Origin: Dimorphilus gyrociliatus
Lineage: Eukaryota; Animalia; Annelida
DNA: 64,000 nucleotides
NCBI GenBank assembly: GCA_904063045.1
Contig: CAJFCJ010000004.1
Span: 1-64,000, forward strand
Direction of reading: 5' to 3'
Part shown: positions 1-12,745 of the stretch, piece after piece
How the letters are laid out: each line of letters starts with the position of its first letter
How positions within the stretch are numbered: position 1 is the first letter of the stretch
Made by a program: the position numbers and the translations under genes
Notes under the pieces: model-generated
The model's input: only the letters and a program-made list of their open reading frames with translations
Database searches by the model: none
What the model was told of the DNA's origin: nothing

Positions 1-705
1 AAAATGTTAGGTAGAATGACATTCAACTTTCATTTATTTTTGGAAATTTGATAACTTTTCTCGATTAAGCCTATAACAGGTATAGAGGTAGTACAATACT
101 ATAGTTTGTTATGGTGTTTACTTGAATTTTTATCAGTTGATTTAATCGATAAAACTCTCTCTCTTTGTCTGTCTCTCTCCTTTCCAATCTCTCACTTCAT
201 CTCTCTTTGAAGGTTTAATAGTAACCTTTAAAAATAGACTTCCAATACGTTCACTTTACCGCGTAGAAAATAATAAAAATAACTAATAAAAGTTAATTTT
301 CTCGCTACCACGCACGAGTTTTTTAACGAAAATAAATTATTCTGTCATTATAATCTTATTTTTTTGTAGTCCAATTTTTCTGAAGTTATTTAATTGAGAA
401 AGAATAAAAATTCAATATGACTTAACCTTCACCCTATAATGCGGAAGATATTTTCGTAAACGATACAAAAGTTCTTAATTTTACTCCATATAAAGCAATA
501 TCTAATATTTAAGAATCGCTCTATCGTTAAATTGTATCATAACAATAATTAATATCATAATTAGCTACTTTTGACATTAACTAAATTTTGCAAGTAACCT
601 TTTATAGGAGTAAAAAATAATTTCCCCAACCTAAATGTTCCACATTTGAGCGTCCTCTTCGTATTTTTTCTACCAGCAAATCAGGCTTTCGCGATATGAC
701 AAGAA

Positions 706-2219
706 ATGAAAACTCCTTTTGGGGTTTATATAATAAGGATTGCATTTGTTTTAATATTTGTTTCTTATATCGCATTTTCAATTTGGATATATGTGAACGA
801 TCTATCTGATCATCATTCATTTATTGAAAATGACAGAAATACGACTTCAAAGGCTACAACAGTAGCGTTAGGTAAGAGATTTATTTTTTTCTAAACATTA
901 GTCTAAATGCGTCCATGCGAGAAGGCAAGTATTCTATAACTACAAATTTTATTAGTAATTTTCGTGTTTTTTTTTTAAAAAAAAAAACAGCAATACATTT
1001 CTTTTTTGGCCTAAACTGTTCATTTATATTGATCTTCTTCATCCTTCTGATATTCTCGTTAAACTACGGACAAGTGTTCTCAAGATGTTTTTGGCTGTGT
1101 ATATTAATTGAAAATGCTATGTTCATCACTTCTTTTATGGTATATTTTACATCTAAAAAAGCTAGTTCTTGTAAAAGAAATAATAATGGAAGGAAATGTG
1201 CTCTCTCGCTAATTTTGGTGTTTTATCACGAACTTATATATATCTTCTTAGGGATAACTCATCATTTTAAGAAAAAATGGGAAGCTAAAATGAAAATTCG
1301 AGAAATTAATAGTGTTACAGAATTTTCAAAAGATTATCCTAATCAAGGAATTCTCAATTATGAAAGATTTTTAAATATCTCAATATACGCCTACATCAAA
1401 AGAACTGTATGGAAAAAGAATATTACTTTTTCAAGACTTTTTAAATATCTTGAAGGAAAATCTTATGATCTAAAATATCATGGTTTCAATAACCATAATA
1501 CGAAAAATCACAAAAAAACATTGAAAGTTTATCATAGCAATCAATGCAATTGTTATAAGAAATTAAAATATCCAATGACCTTAGATTTACCATGTAAATG
1601 GATTCATATGGATATTTTATTAAATACTTCAAAATTAAAAGACTTTAATCTTGTAAGCAATGATAATCTACTTGAATTGGCTATATTAAATAAAATAGAC
1701 TTTCATTGTCTGACTAAATTTGATGGAGAGAATAACTGTAAACAGAATTGTCTTATTGACATTTTATCATCTGTGAAAGATTGCGGTGATAAATTAACAG
1801 AATTATATAATTTTGTATTTGAAGGTCTCGTGATAAAGGAAGAAAGCATTAGCCTTTTGAAGCAATATTTCGAAGATGCTAGCAATAGTAGTACAAAATC
1901 TCTAATCAAACTATTAACAACAAAGATTTTTAAGATATGGCCCCCTCCCCTATGGTTTTATTCTCTATTGAAGATACGTCAATTAGTAAGGGCTGATAGA
2001 CAGTATGATGTTTTGAAAAATTATCAATCGACTATAGCCCTATTTATTCTAAATCCAACTGAGAATACCACGCCTTTTGATATATTTTCGGTTTTATCAT
2101 TGGAATATTTAAAAATATGGTCAGATAACGAAATAAAATATGGTATTTTTCAATCACTCATCCCCAATAAGGATGATTCAATAACACAATATATTTTTAC
2201 CAGAGGTCTTCCTATATAA
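706..2219 (+). CDS. A1: claudin-like 4TM + Cys/His + BC-box-like domain protein, ~464 aa; exons 706-871, 991-2219 (acceptor choice uncertain)
   Basis: ATG 706; donor GTAAGA 872; in-frame acceptor CAG 990. Motifs YHSNQCNCY, PCKW, LNKIDFHCLTKF, EGLVIKEES, WPPPLWFYSLLKIR, YGIFQSL. Confidence 0.8.
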
Positions 2220-2303
2220 TTGATGCTATTATCAGTGACGTAATCCATTAATATTTGAAAAGATTCGATGCAAACAAGCTTGAATTTATAATAGCTAATA
2301 ATT

Positions 2304-3740
2304 ATGAATGGAACCCTTCCAGTATGGATATATCTCATGAGATTATCTTTTCCTGGAATATTTGTAATGAATATCATTTTAACATTGAACTTTTTTTATG
2401 GTGACAAATGTATTACTTTGCCCAATAAAATAAACAATATTGTAAACAAACATGAAAGTGAAAGTAAGATTAACAATGAATATATTATATATAAATTTAT
2501 ATATATATATATATATATATAAATTTAATAATTATATTCTTTAGATCTCAGATTGCATATTTATAGGTTAAACATATCTTTTATTCTGTTTTTCTATCTA
2601 ATTCTGATATTATTGATAAATGATACAAAACTATTTATAACACTATGGTTTGCTGTTGTATGTATAGAAATAAGATCATCATTGGGAATACAAACATCTA
2701 CAAATGAATATTTAAAATGGAAACTATTGCAAAGCTACTTCTGCAATCATGATTTAATCAAGGCTAAATTTTTATTAATTTGCCCAAAACTTATTCTTTT
2801 ATATATCTTTTTATGCTTTATTGCAAAGTTAGTTTTGGAAGAGAAATTACTCATCCAACATCATAAAAGAATGGAATATATGCTGGAGTTGGAAGATAGC
2901 TTTTTCTATAAATGGGATAAGTTTGTAATATTCTCAAGGTATTATTGGGATGGGAAGATATTCCATAATTTAGTCACTCCTCTCCACGTTCTAACACTCT
3001 TAAATAATAATAATTATCCCAATGATGCTCTATATACTATAATCCAATCATCGGATGATCCTGATTTTGAAGATCATGAAAAGTATTGTAATTGCGAAAG
3101 GAAGAGATACATACCATTACATATTAAGAGACCTTGTTCCTGGGAGAAAATCGTTATAAGAGTATTTACTGATATTTTTCTCGATTTTGATAATCCGGCA
3201 GTAATCCACGAATTATCTGTTTTAAATAAATTGAATATCCATTGTTTAAAACAATTTAATTTTCCTATTGAATTAACAAATATGTGTTTAATTGACGTTT
3301 TAAAACGTGACGGTAACTTTAATGCTATATTCATTGAATCCTATAGATATTTCTCGGAGAGTTTAATAATAAGAGAAGATGGATTTTATCTTATAAATCA
3401 ATTTCTAAAAAAATTTAATAGGACATCGTATAAATTAATTATTAAAAATTACATAACTAAAGAAGTATTTAAAGTGTGGCCACCATCTTTATGGTATTTT
3501 TCAATAATGAAAATTCGTTATATTCTTAGAAAAAATATTAAATTAAATGCTTTCAAGTACCTTGAAACTGATATAAAGAATCTCGTTCTTTATCCTTTGA
3601 AAAATACAATCATTTTTAATATATCATCCCTTCTAAATCTATTATATTATGAAACGTGGAAAAATGAAATATTAGCTTTTGGAATTATGGAAGATTTACG
3701 CTCTTTAAAAGGAATATCGGATATGAAAAGAAGTATTTGA
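2304..3740 (+). CDS. A2 paralog, ~451 aa; exons 2304-2463, 2545-3740
   Basis: Donor GTAAGA 2464; acceptor TTTAG 2544; phase 1; intron contains (AT)n. Motifs HEKYCNC, PCSW, LNKLNIHCL, ESLIIREDG, WPPSLWYFSIMKIR. Confidence 0.85.
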
Positions 3741-3752
3741 AGAAAAATTATT

Positions 3753-3844
3753 GGGGACAGCCGGGATTCGAACCCGGGACCTCTCGCATGCTTAGTATAT
3801 TACAACTTCCCAAAGCGAGAATCATACCCCTAGACCACTGTCCC
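3753..3844 (-). tRNA. tRNA-Pro-TGG: tRNA-Pro(TGG), 20-nt intron
   Basis: GGGACAGTGGTCTAGGGGTATGATTCTCGCTT-TGG-G[AAGTTGTAATATACTAAGCA]TGCGAGAGGTCCCGGGTTCGAATCCCGGCTGTCCCC. Full cloverleaf, A and B boxes, T5 terminator. Confidence 0.95.
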
Positions 3845-4129
3845 TTCTCTGTTCAATTTTGGTTTTTTTTAAAAATCATCAATTAAACACATAACTTCAA
3901 ATAAAAATCTTGTAATTTTTCGCTCACTGTAGGCCTAAGTATAAAGAATAAATATTACTGTATATTTTAAAATAAAGCTCTCTCTAAAATGAAAAAATAT
4001 CTTAGTTTTTATGAAGTATGCAAATATTTAATTAATTAAAGTTAATTAGGTCAATAATTTTCTTTAAACAATTGGTAATTTAATTATTATGCCAAGATGT
4101 CCTTGCGTATGGAATTGTCTTTTGTATAT

Positions 4130-4218
4130 GGGACAGTGGTCTAGGGGTATGATTCTCGTTTAGGGTGTTCAATACGCTAATTTACGAGAGGTCCCGGGTT
4201 CGAATCCCGGCTGTCCCC
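4130..4218 (+). tRNA. tRNA-Pro-AGG: tRNA-Pro(AGG), 17-nt intron
   Basis: Same exons with a T31-A39 pair; intron TGTTCAATACGCTAATT; downstream T-run. Confidence 0.95.
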
Positions 4219-4576
4219 GTTGTTGTATTTTTTTTTCTACTAATAATGCAGTATATGATCCATTAGAATGTACTTTTCCTATTGGAAAGTAATTCTATTC
4301 CAGAGTCAGATTTTCGGGGAAAACGCTATCTAATATAGATTAATCTTGAAGAATAAAAGCAAACAGCTTAGCAAAGAGAATAGCTTTAATCTTAAATACT
4401 AAAATAGCTGCTATCAATGAACAAGCAATTATAATTTCTACTTTAAACTAATCTAGGTCATTTCAATTTGATTAATTTTATTAAAATGTCTTTTGTTGGC
4501 TTTCTGAGAAATAATAAATTTACTGGCCATTATATGTCACGTAGACGTAGTCAAGTTTTATTGATTCTTTCATGTT

Positions 4577-4664
4577 GGGACAGTGGTCTAGGGGTATGAT
4601 TCTCGTTTAGGGAATTCATTCGCTAATCTACGAGAGGTCCCGGGTTCGAATCCCGGCTGTCCCC
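4577..4664 (+). tRNA. tRNA-Pro-AGG: tRNA-Pro(AGG), 16-nt intron
   Basis: Intron AATTCATTCGCTAATC; downstream T-run. Confidence 0.95.
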
Positions 4665-5625
4665 GTTGGTTAATTTTTTTAATTGTCTATCTTTTCTTTC
4701 GTCCTAAATCCTCAATCCGCTCAACTTGAACAATAGTAAATCATTCAAGTTCGATAGAAATTAAGATTACGTAGCGACTTTTAAGATATACAAATCATAT
4801 TTTGTAATAATTAATAAGTAGGTCAATAATTCTTGAACATTACAAGAATTGACTGTAAAATATTCAAAATAGATAATCTTATCGCCCACATAATAAACAA
4901 TAAAAGCGAGTCGCCATTTTTCAATTTGCTTGAATAATAAAACAATAATCCTCTTTACTTAGAGAATTTAATAGTTTTTATCAAAATGTACCAATTTTAT
5001 GATATCATCTTTAGTATTGGAACAATTATCATATTGATAGTAAATCGTAGAATGATAAGAAAGAAAACACATCTCCTATTTTTCGCCAATGCGTACCGTT
5101 TTAATTTACATTATATAAAATTATTTCATAACTAGTCTGTTTATTGTTATTATAGTTTGTAAATAATCAACAAGTTATCTAAGATATTATCGATTGTGCA
5201 GAGTATTTTTTAAAGAATTCATTCAAAAATTAGTTCACTCTATATACAACTAGAATGAATATATAAGCGTGTTCAAGCAAGATATAGTAGTGAATAATAA
5301 ATGCTTAAACAAAAATAGAATGATTGATAGTGGAATTATTGCGTTTAATATTCGTATTGAACGCCAAAAAATAAACGATATTTAATAACAATATCACAAA
5401 GCTTGATGAACGAATTTGCATATTGATTTATTCATAAGAGAAATTAAAATTTTCATTGGTTAATTTAACTAGATGACTGTTATTTTTTTTAGAAAAGCAT
5501 GATCATATTTAAAAAATAATGGTTAATTGCTTACGATGGTTATTTCGCAATTTAACCAGGCATGAGATAAGTTTCAGTGCGATTCTTAGTTTTCGTTTTT
5601 AATTTTGAAAATACACTTGTAATTA

Positions 5626-7025
5626 ATGCCAGAAAAGTTCGTTATCATTTGTTCTAAATTAACAGCATATGTCATTTTTATACTAATGACATTTAGTATA
5701 ATCTTGGAATGCAATATAATTTATAATGGATTTGCAAATGAAAATTATATAAATAATGATACAGGATTGTTCAAAATGAGAGAATTTCAACATGAGAGTA
5801 AGTATTGAAAGTATTAAATTTCTAAACAGAATATTAAAAACAAATTATTCCATGTATAGGAAACTCACGAATTATTATTGGATCAGTATCAATAACTTTA
5901 AAAATCTGTATAGTCCTCTTATCATGTTCTCCTTACGGAATAAAGAAACGAATTATATTTATTTTGTTTGCCATCTTTGAAGTCCTTCATTGGTTAGTGA
6001 TTGTAATTACTTACAATTCAATCTTCAATTTCAAAGATGACAAAGATATTATTATTACTCATCGTAACAAAATTTACAAATTGTCTGGATCTAGACTCAT
6101 CGATTTAGCAAGTATCGCACTGATAATGATGGTTAACTATATTGATAAGAAATTTAATACTTATACCTTCCAAAATTGTCATTCGGAGAAGTTATTTTCA
6201 AGTTTTAGCTACTCTCATGATGGATTAACGAGTAAATTGAAATTCTGTGAAATACAAACTATTGAAGATAGTTTAAGAGAAGATGTCTTTTATACCAGAT
6301 ATTCGAACAAAAAAGCTCTTTTGAGCATATTATCATCTCATTATAACATTGCTTTTAGGTGGAAATCTTTAAAACGGCTTTCTAAAGATAGAAAATTTAT
6401 AATTACAATAAATTTGAAGTTTATAGAAAATTTATATGCGAATAGAAGTCAGTTAAATCATATTTTCATTAGAGATATTGCTGAATTAAATAGTCTTTAT
6501 AATATCCACTGTTTGAGCTTGTTCAACGATAATATCGACAAAGAGAAAACATGTTTACTTGATATTTTAAGAGAAAACAAAAATTTTAATGGCCTTTTCT
6601 TGGATACTTATGAATTTTTAATAGAAAGTTTAATAGTCAGTGAGGATGGTTTGTCGTTAGTTAGAAAATTTGTCAACAGACTTGAAGACCGGAAACAGAA
6701 AGATATGGCTTTAGACTTAATAGTCAAGCGAATTTTCAGGAGTTGGCCTCCACCTCTGCTTTATCTTTCTTTGTTGAAACTTCGTAAAACAGTGAAGAGT
6801 GGACATTTAAGACTTTTGGAAAGTATGCCTCTACAAACTGCAAAATTTGTTATGAATCCTATAGAGAATACGCAATTCAAAGATATTGGTGCTGTTTTAA
6901 GACTAAAGAACGATAATTTATGGAGAACTAAACCTACCGGTATTTATGAAGAGATTAAACGTTTTCAGTGCAATTTTCAAACAGAAGTAGAAAACTGTGA
7001 GAAGATACAATTACTTAAGGTTTAA
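5626..7025 (+). CDS. A3 paralog, ~445 aa; exons 5626-5797, 5860-7025
   Basis: Donor GTAAGT 5798; acceptor TATAG 5859; frame hand-checked open into ORF 5964. Motifs LNSLYNIHCL, ESLIVSEDG, WPPPLLYLSLLKLR. Cys/His motif is lost. Confidence 0.88.
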
Positions 7026-8477
7026 TTAGAATGTACAAAAAATATCATATACTTGTATACTAGAATTAGACAAAGACATCATTAAACAATGTAATATTTA
7101 GTTGTTATTCGTTTTATAGATTTTAATTGGAAAACAATGTATAAGCGTTTTAAAATATGCTAGTCTTATAAATGATTCATTCAAGTATATTTTCCATTAC
7201 TGACTAGATACTGTATTAATAGTTTTACAATAGTTCCTTTTGAAATATATGATAACAAAATATAAACAAACCTTATTGTAGAGTTCAATATTGTTATTAT
7301 TCCTAATGAAATTAGGGGAAAATAAATGTAAAAACCAAAGATTATGAAGACTAAATAGACAAAAACAAAAGAAAAAACAAAAAAGAAAATACTGTGTATT
7401 CGTAGCTGTGTTTTCTAATAATTCATCTTCTAATTAATTCAAAAATTAATTGATTAACGAAAAATGTAACAATCTAGTACAATAAAACGTGTTTGTATTA
7501 AATGTAAAATTAATTTTCAATTCATAAATCTATTTTTACAAGTTTTATCCATTTTAATCAATAATCCAGGTATTATATATAATATTTTGAAAGTTTAGCT
7601 ATGTAAATCAAAACATCTCTATTTGACTTCAAGTGACTATTAATAGTATTAATAAATCTTTTTATAAGCGTATTCAATTCATTGATAAAACTATCCTATC
7701 TAAGTTTTTATACTACGTTTTACCTTTTACTATATTTAAATTTATTTAAAACAGTAGTATACTTGATAAATCATGAAAAATATAGAGTATAAACAATTGA
7801 TATACATCTAATATAATACTTAAAAGGTAAACGACCTTTTGGACGATGAAATACTGAAAAATCTATGAGTGAGTTTTTGACTATGAAAACCAGTTTAACT
7901 AGGTTAAATATTCGATTAAATTCTTACTGGAATCGATAAGAATACTAGTATTAGAAGATTTAATAAAGTCTTATAAACTAATAGGATTATAAACCAAACA
8001 TCAGTTAGTTGATAGAGTAAGAAAATTCCAGTAAAGAAGATATAGAGGGTATATTTTTTTCCTTAGGACTTTTTTACATACCACCATATACTGTAAATAT
8101 ATACAAGTAGATTTTCCAGTTTGTCTTCATTCTTAATCTCTCTCCTAACAAGGAAAGAAAATAAATTACACTTAATGAGACTAATGGCATTCATTTCTTT
8201 ATTAATTCTATAACAGAGTTATTACCTCTCATGTAAAAAAAATATGTCAACGTTTTAGCTTGTTATTGTTTAACAAACTGGAAAAGTATTTCCTCTTATC
8301 TGTATAACGATTATAAAGGATAGATACTTTCTCCCGAGAACCACTCTTTTCCCAAAAGACCTTGACCTTTAAAATTGCAAACTGATTTGTTGAGTTTCTT
8401 CTCTTTATTTATAAATGAAAAAAAATAAGCTAATTCATTGGCTTTGCTTATTAAATTTACTGGTGAAAATATAGACT

Positions 8478-9988
8478 ATGGAATACGCTAGGGAACTAGT
8501 CAGCTTCCTTAAAGAAAGGAGAAGCATAACGTTTGTTGTTACTACAATGGTTATAATAGTAACAGCGTTGATGCCTATTCCTGAATTATTTTGCCTATCA
8601 AGAGGATTTATAATTGTGAAACTACCGCACAGTTCCAGTTACGGTGCTCTATTGAATTTACCTCAAAACGGTATGAAGATTTAAATGTTTTAAATAATCG
8701 TTACTATCCTAATTGATAATAAAATTTCTTTCTTCTTTTTATAGCCTTGAAGACAACTATAATGACTCTAATAACATTTATTCCTGTATTTATTCTACTA
8801 ATAGCAGTTAGAGTTGGATTTGGTGACTATAAATATGTAACCATATCCGGAAGTATTCTAGCCATATTAGGCATTGCTGTCACTGTTTCCTATACAACAT
8901 TGGGTGTTCTAACGTATACGGATTGTTTAAATACTGTAGACGTTTTAAATTCTGCTTACAACGGCACAATCGAATGGAGCTGGGATGCTAAATATTATCT
9001 GTTTATTGCGAATTGCCTCCTGCAATATGCTTCGATTTTAATGCTATTTTCTTTAGGATTATTCTTCCTACATTGTCTGCTATCTGTGGAATGGAGGCAC
9101 AAACATGGACTCAACGGAGAACCTTATCGATATGCTGGTATTATAGAAATATGTCGGCTGTCATACAATGAAAATTCAAAATCAGTTCGTGTAGTTCTAA
9201 GTGAAAATATTGAAGCCTATCTGGAGAGTAAATGTCCACCAGTTATCTACAACTCTTGTGAACAAGATAACGAAACTGAAGACTATCTTAGGAACACACA
9301 TCGACAGCGTTGTCGATATCATTTTCCATTCTATCCTCTTCTGCTTCCCTGTTGCCGTAATCGTAATTGTTCATGGTCTGAGTTAAGAATAAGGATAAAA
9401 ACATTTGGATGGGAAACGAGAGAAACTTTCAAAAATATGATTCTACAGTTTGGATTATTAAATAAAGTGGATATTCATTTCTTTACAACATTCCATTTTA
9501 AACCATCTCAATGTTTTCTTGATTATATTAACTTTTCAAGGTCTTTCTTGTGCTATTACGAGCCAATTACTGAGGTATTGATGCTAAGAGAAGATGGATT
9601 TTCTTTTATCAGATGTTTGCGAATGTATGCGAATGATAGTCCTGAGAGGCATGCCTTACATATGTTTATAAACAAAACACTATTGTCGAATTCTCCACCA
9701 CCTTTGTGGTTTTTCTGCCTTCAAAAGGTGAGATTAATGATCCGTAATAGATATAGTAATTTCCTATGGAATGTATCAGAAAATGCGTTAATGTATAAAG
9801 ATTTCGTATTAAATCCTGCTGAGAATACTCATATTCAAGATATATATAAAGTATTAAACTTATCTTATAAGGATTATTGGCTATCTCAACAATCTAAATT
9901 TGGGCTATTAGAAGACTTAAATGAACTTGAATCCGAAAAACAAACACTTTTCGTTCAGTTACCCTTAAATTCTAGCTCTAGTTGTTAA
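8478..9988 (+). CDS. A4 paralog, ~478 aa; exons 8478-8670, 8745-9988
   Basis: Donor GTATGA 8671; polypyrimidine + TAG 8744. Motifs YTDCL, EWSWD, HRQRCRYH, CSW, LREDG, SPPPLWFFCLQKVR. Confidence 0.9.
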
Positions 9989-10518
9989 TACTTAAACAAA
10001 AAAGAAACAAAAAACTTCTGCTCAACTTATCTTGAACTCTTTTTTCATATTTTATTGAAAAAGAAGGAAAGTCTAACCATTGCATTTATTTTTCTATTAA
10101 ACAGTATCCTTTATTGTTTGTATTTACGTTTGTTTGGCAGGAAAATATCATTGATTTATAGTATTATTATTAATAATCTAACTAATTTTTAGATAGATAA
10201 AGTGAGAAAGAATGTTTATATTTTACAATTAATATTAATAAATTTGTATTATGTATAGTTTATTTATTATACATATATTTCATATATTAGTTATCTATCG
10301 TTCATCAGATTTTCGGCGTATCCTTTTGTCAAAGTAATTATTTATTAAATAAATTAGAGGGAATAGTGTATTGACAACGGCTACATCCGTTAATAGTCTT
10401 AATGTTCTATAAAATAAAGAAAGTAATTAGATTTTATTGTCTATTCTAAATTAAAATTAGAAATTATCTTCCATTGAAGGAAAAAGTAAAGTTCTTTTTA
10501 AATCTTTATGCGACGACG

Positions 10519-11109
10519 ATGGACATATCTAAATATAATATTAGAGGAGATCTAAAGGATCAGAAATGTTTGATTCGATTAATTATTGTTATTACTGTTC
10601 TAATAACAAGTATAATGCCATTTTTAGAAATGTTCTTTATAGATAAAAGTTATATTTTAGTTCGATTAGCATCGAATAATACACTAAAAGTTCAACATTT
10701 AAAATTGCCAAATAATGGTAAGGAACTTCATATTTCGGTTGTTTTCTTTAAATTTACTTCTTTTTTCTTTCTTTTACAAGATGATAAAACGTCATTGATG
10801 ATGATTGTTACTTACATGCCTGTATTTGGTATAGTTATGGGATTGAAAGTCTTATTTAAAGATAAAGGTTATATTTGTATTTCTTCCGCTATTCTTGTAC
10901 TTTTAGCATTGACTACACCGATAGCATATGTTAGTTTAGGAATATTAAACTATAGAGATTGCTTTCGAACATTGAAGATTCTCGAGAATGAGATTCTAGG
11001 TTGGGATTGGGGTGCTCGACACATGCTTTTTATATTTAATTGTATTGTTCAAATAGGTGTGGCCTATCTTCAAAGTATTATTTTCGTTCCGATGTGTTTA
11101 AGCCTATAA
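10519..11109 (+). CDS. A5: 4TM-only paralog lacking the cytoplasmic domain, ~175 aa; exons 10519-10717, 10781-11109
   Basis: Closest to A4 (LPNNG/LPQNG, YRDCF/YTDCL, GWDWG/EWSWD). 63-nt intron GTAAGG..AAG. Stop follows TM4; AATAAA at 11180. Confidence 0.7.
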   Translation: MDISKYNIRGDLKDQKCLIRLIIVITVLITSIMPFLEMFFIDKSYILVRLASNNTLKVQHLKLPNNGKELHISVVFFKFTSFFFLLQDDKTSLMMIVTYMPVFGIVMGLKVLFKDKGYICISSAILVLLALTTPIAYVSLGILNYRDCFRTLKILENEILGWDWGARHMLFIFNCIVQIGVAYLQSIIFVPMCLSL

Positions 11110-11331
11110 ATCACATTATAAAATGTAGGCTAAAGAAATATATAATGCATGCTTCTTAGATAATACGAAAACGATACTGAATAAACTTGTTACATATGCA
11201 TTCAGTTTCTCTGTCTCTGTGTCTCTCTCTCTCTTTCTTTATCTTTTTTCTTGACCATTCTAAAGTCACTTATTGATAAGATTGATTTATTGTTTTCCTT
11301 TTCAATATTATTTCAACATTAGGAATGAAAT

Positions 11332-12745
11332 TTATTTGTAATCAACTAGACAGTTAAGATTTTCAAATATTCCGATTCGATGATTCTTTATTATGCAAAT
11401 GCTTCTTTCTGATAGATTAAGTAATGAGAAAATATCTAAAGGAGAGTCTGAACGAAGAGGGTCACAGATAATTGATAAATAATAGTCGCTACAAGGTTCT
11501 CCTAAGGATTTTGGAAATCCTTGTCTTATCATTTGCCTATTTTTAATTAAGCAATAAAACCAAAGAGGAGGAGGCCATTGTTTGAAAAGTCGGCTAGTTA
11601 CCACTTCAACTAGGTTTATGTCATAACAATTTTCATTTAATAGATTGATAAGTGAAAGTCCATCTTCTCTAAGAATTAAGCTTCCTGCAATTTCAACCTT
11701 GATCTTTTCATAATCCACTGTGGATCTTCCAATTGATTTTCGTATAACATGATGCAAATTCAAGTAATTTGAAGGAAAGTGAAAGATTGTAAAAATATGA
11801 ATATTGAATTTGCATAAAATGATCATATTGAATAATATTCTTCTGGAGAAATCGAGTTTTAAAGCATTTACTCTAATTCTTAACTTTTTCCAATTACAAT
11901 CCATCTTTTTATTCTTTGGTATTAAAATTGGATAATATGGATAATGGTACCTGCACTCCTTAGCATGCATCTTAGGAATATGAAGTAACGTTTCGCTATC
12001 TTCATAATTAGTATTGAATATATAATTACCATTTTCTTTAAAAGAAAAATGCAAAAGATCGCATATATCTATAGTTGTTGTTGTGATTGTCTTTCGGTCA
12101 ATAGAGTAATTTAGGATTATGATACTATCGGCTATCGTGCTAGGTCTGCGAAGATTAGAAATGGGAATTCCTTCCATTTCATAAGTTCTATTAGTTTCTT
12201 TAAACAAATGATAGTTTATCTTAAAATAGACAATACCCATCAAAAATAGGAAAAACGATTCTACTAAGAGAATATAATAACTGCAATTCCAGTTCCATTC
12301 AAATTGTTCTAAATTAATATAACGTTTTAAAGTCAGAGAACGTCTATGACAGATAAATACACAATTTAAACAATGAAGTATGCCAGCTAGCATAAAACTA
12401 ATTAGATTAGTTAATTTATATGAAAATAGTGAAAAAATGCATATTAATATAATTCCAATTGAGAAGCTTATATTATAATAAAGTAAAATCCTCTTATCAC
12501 CTGATAAAAACAAGAAAGAATATTATTAATTGTTTCATTTATAGTAATACAATCTTTATGAAAATTAATTTACGGTTTGAATGAGATATTTCCTTTTCAA
12601 TAGACGTTTCGCTATTATTCTTATAATTTATGATTAAAACATTAGTAAATATTGATGTAAATGATAGAATAAGGAATATCGCCCAACCAATGTTTATACT
12701 TGCTATTAAGGTTATATAAAGATTCTTGTTATTTACTTTCATCAT
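11332..12745 (-). CDS. A6 paralog, ~446 aa; exons 12745-12574, 12500-11332
   Basis: Donor GTAAAT 12573; acceptor TCAG 12501. Motifs HAKECRYH, CNW, SLILREDG, WPPPLWFYCLIKNR. Confidence 0.88.
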
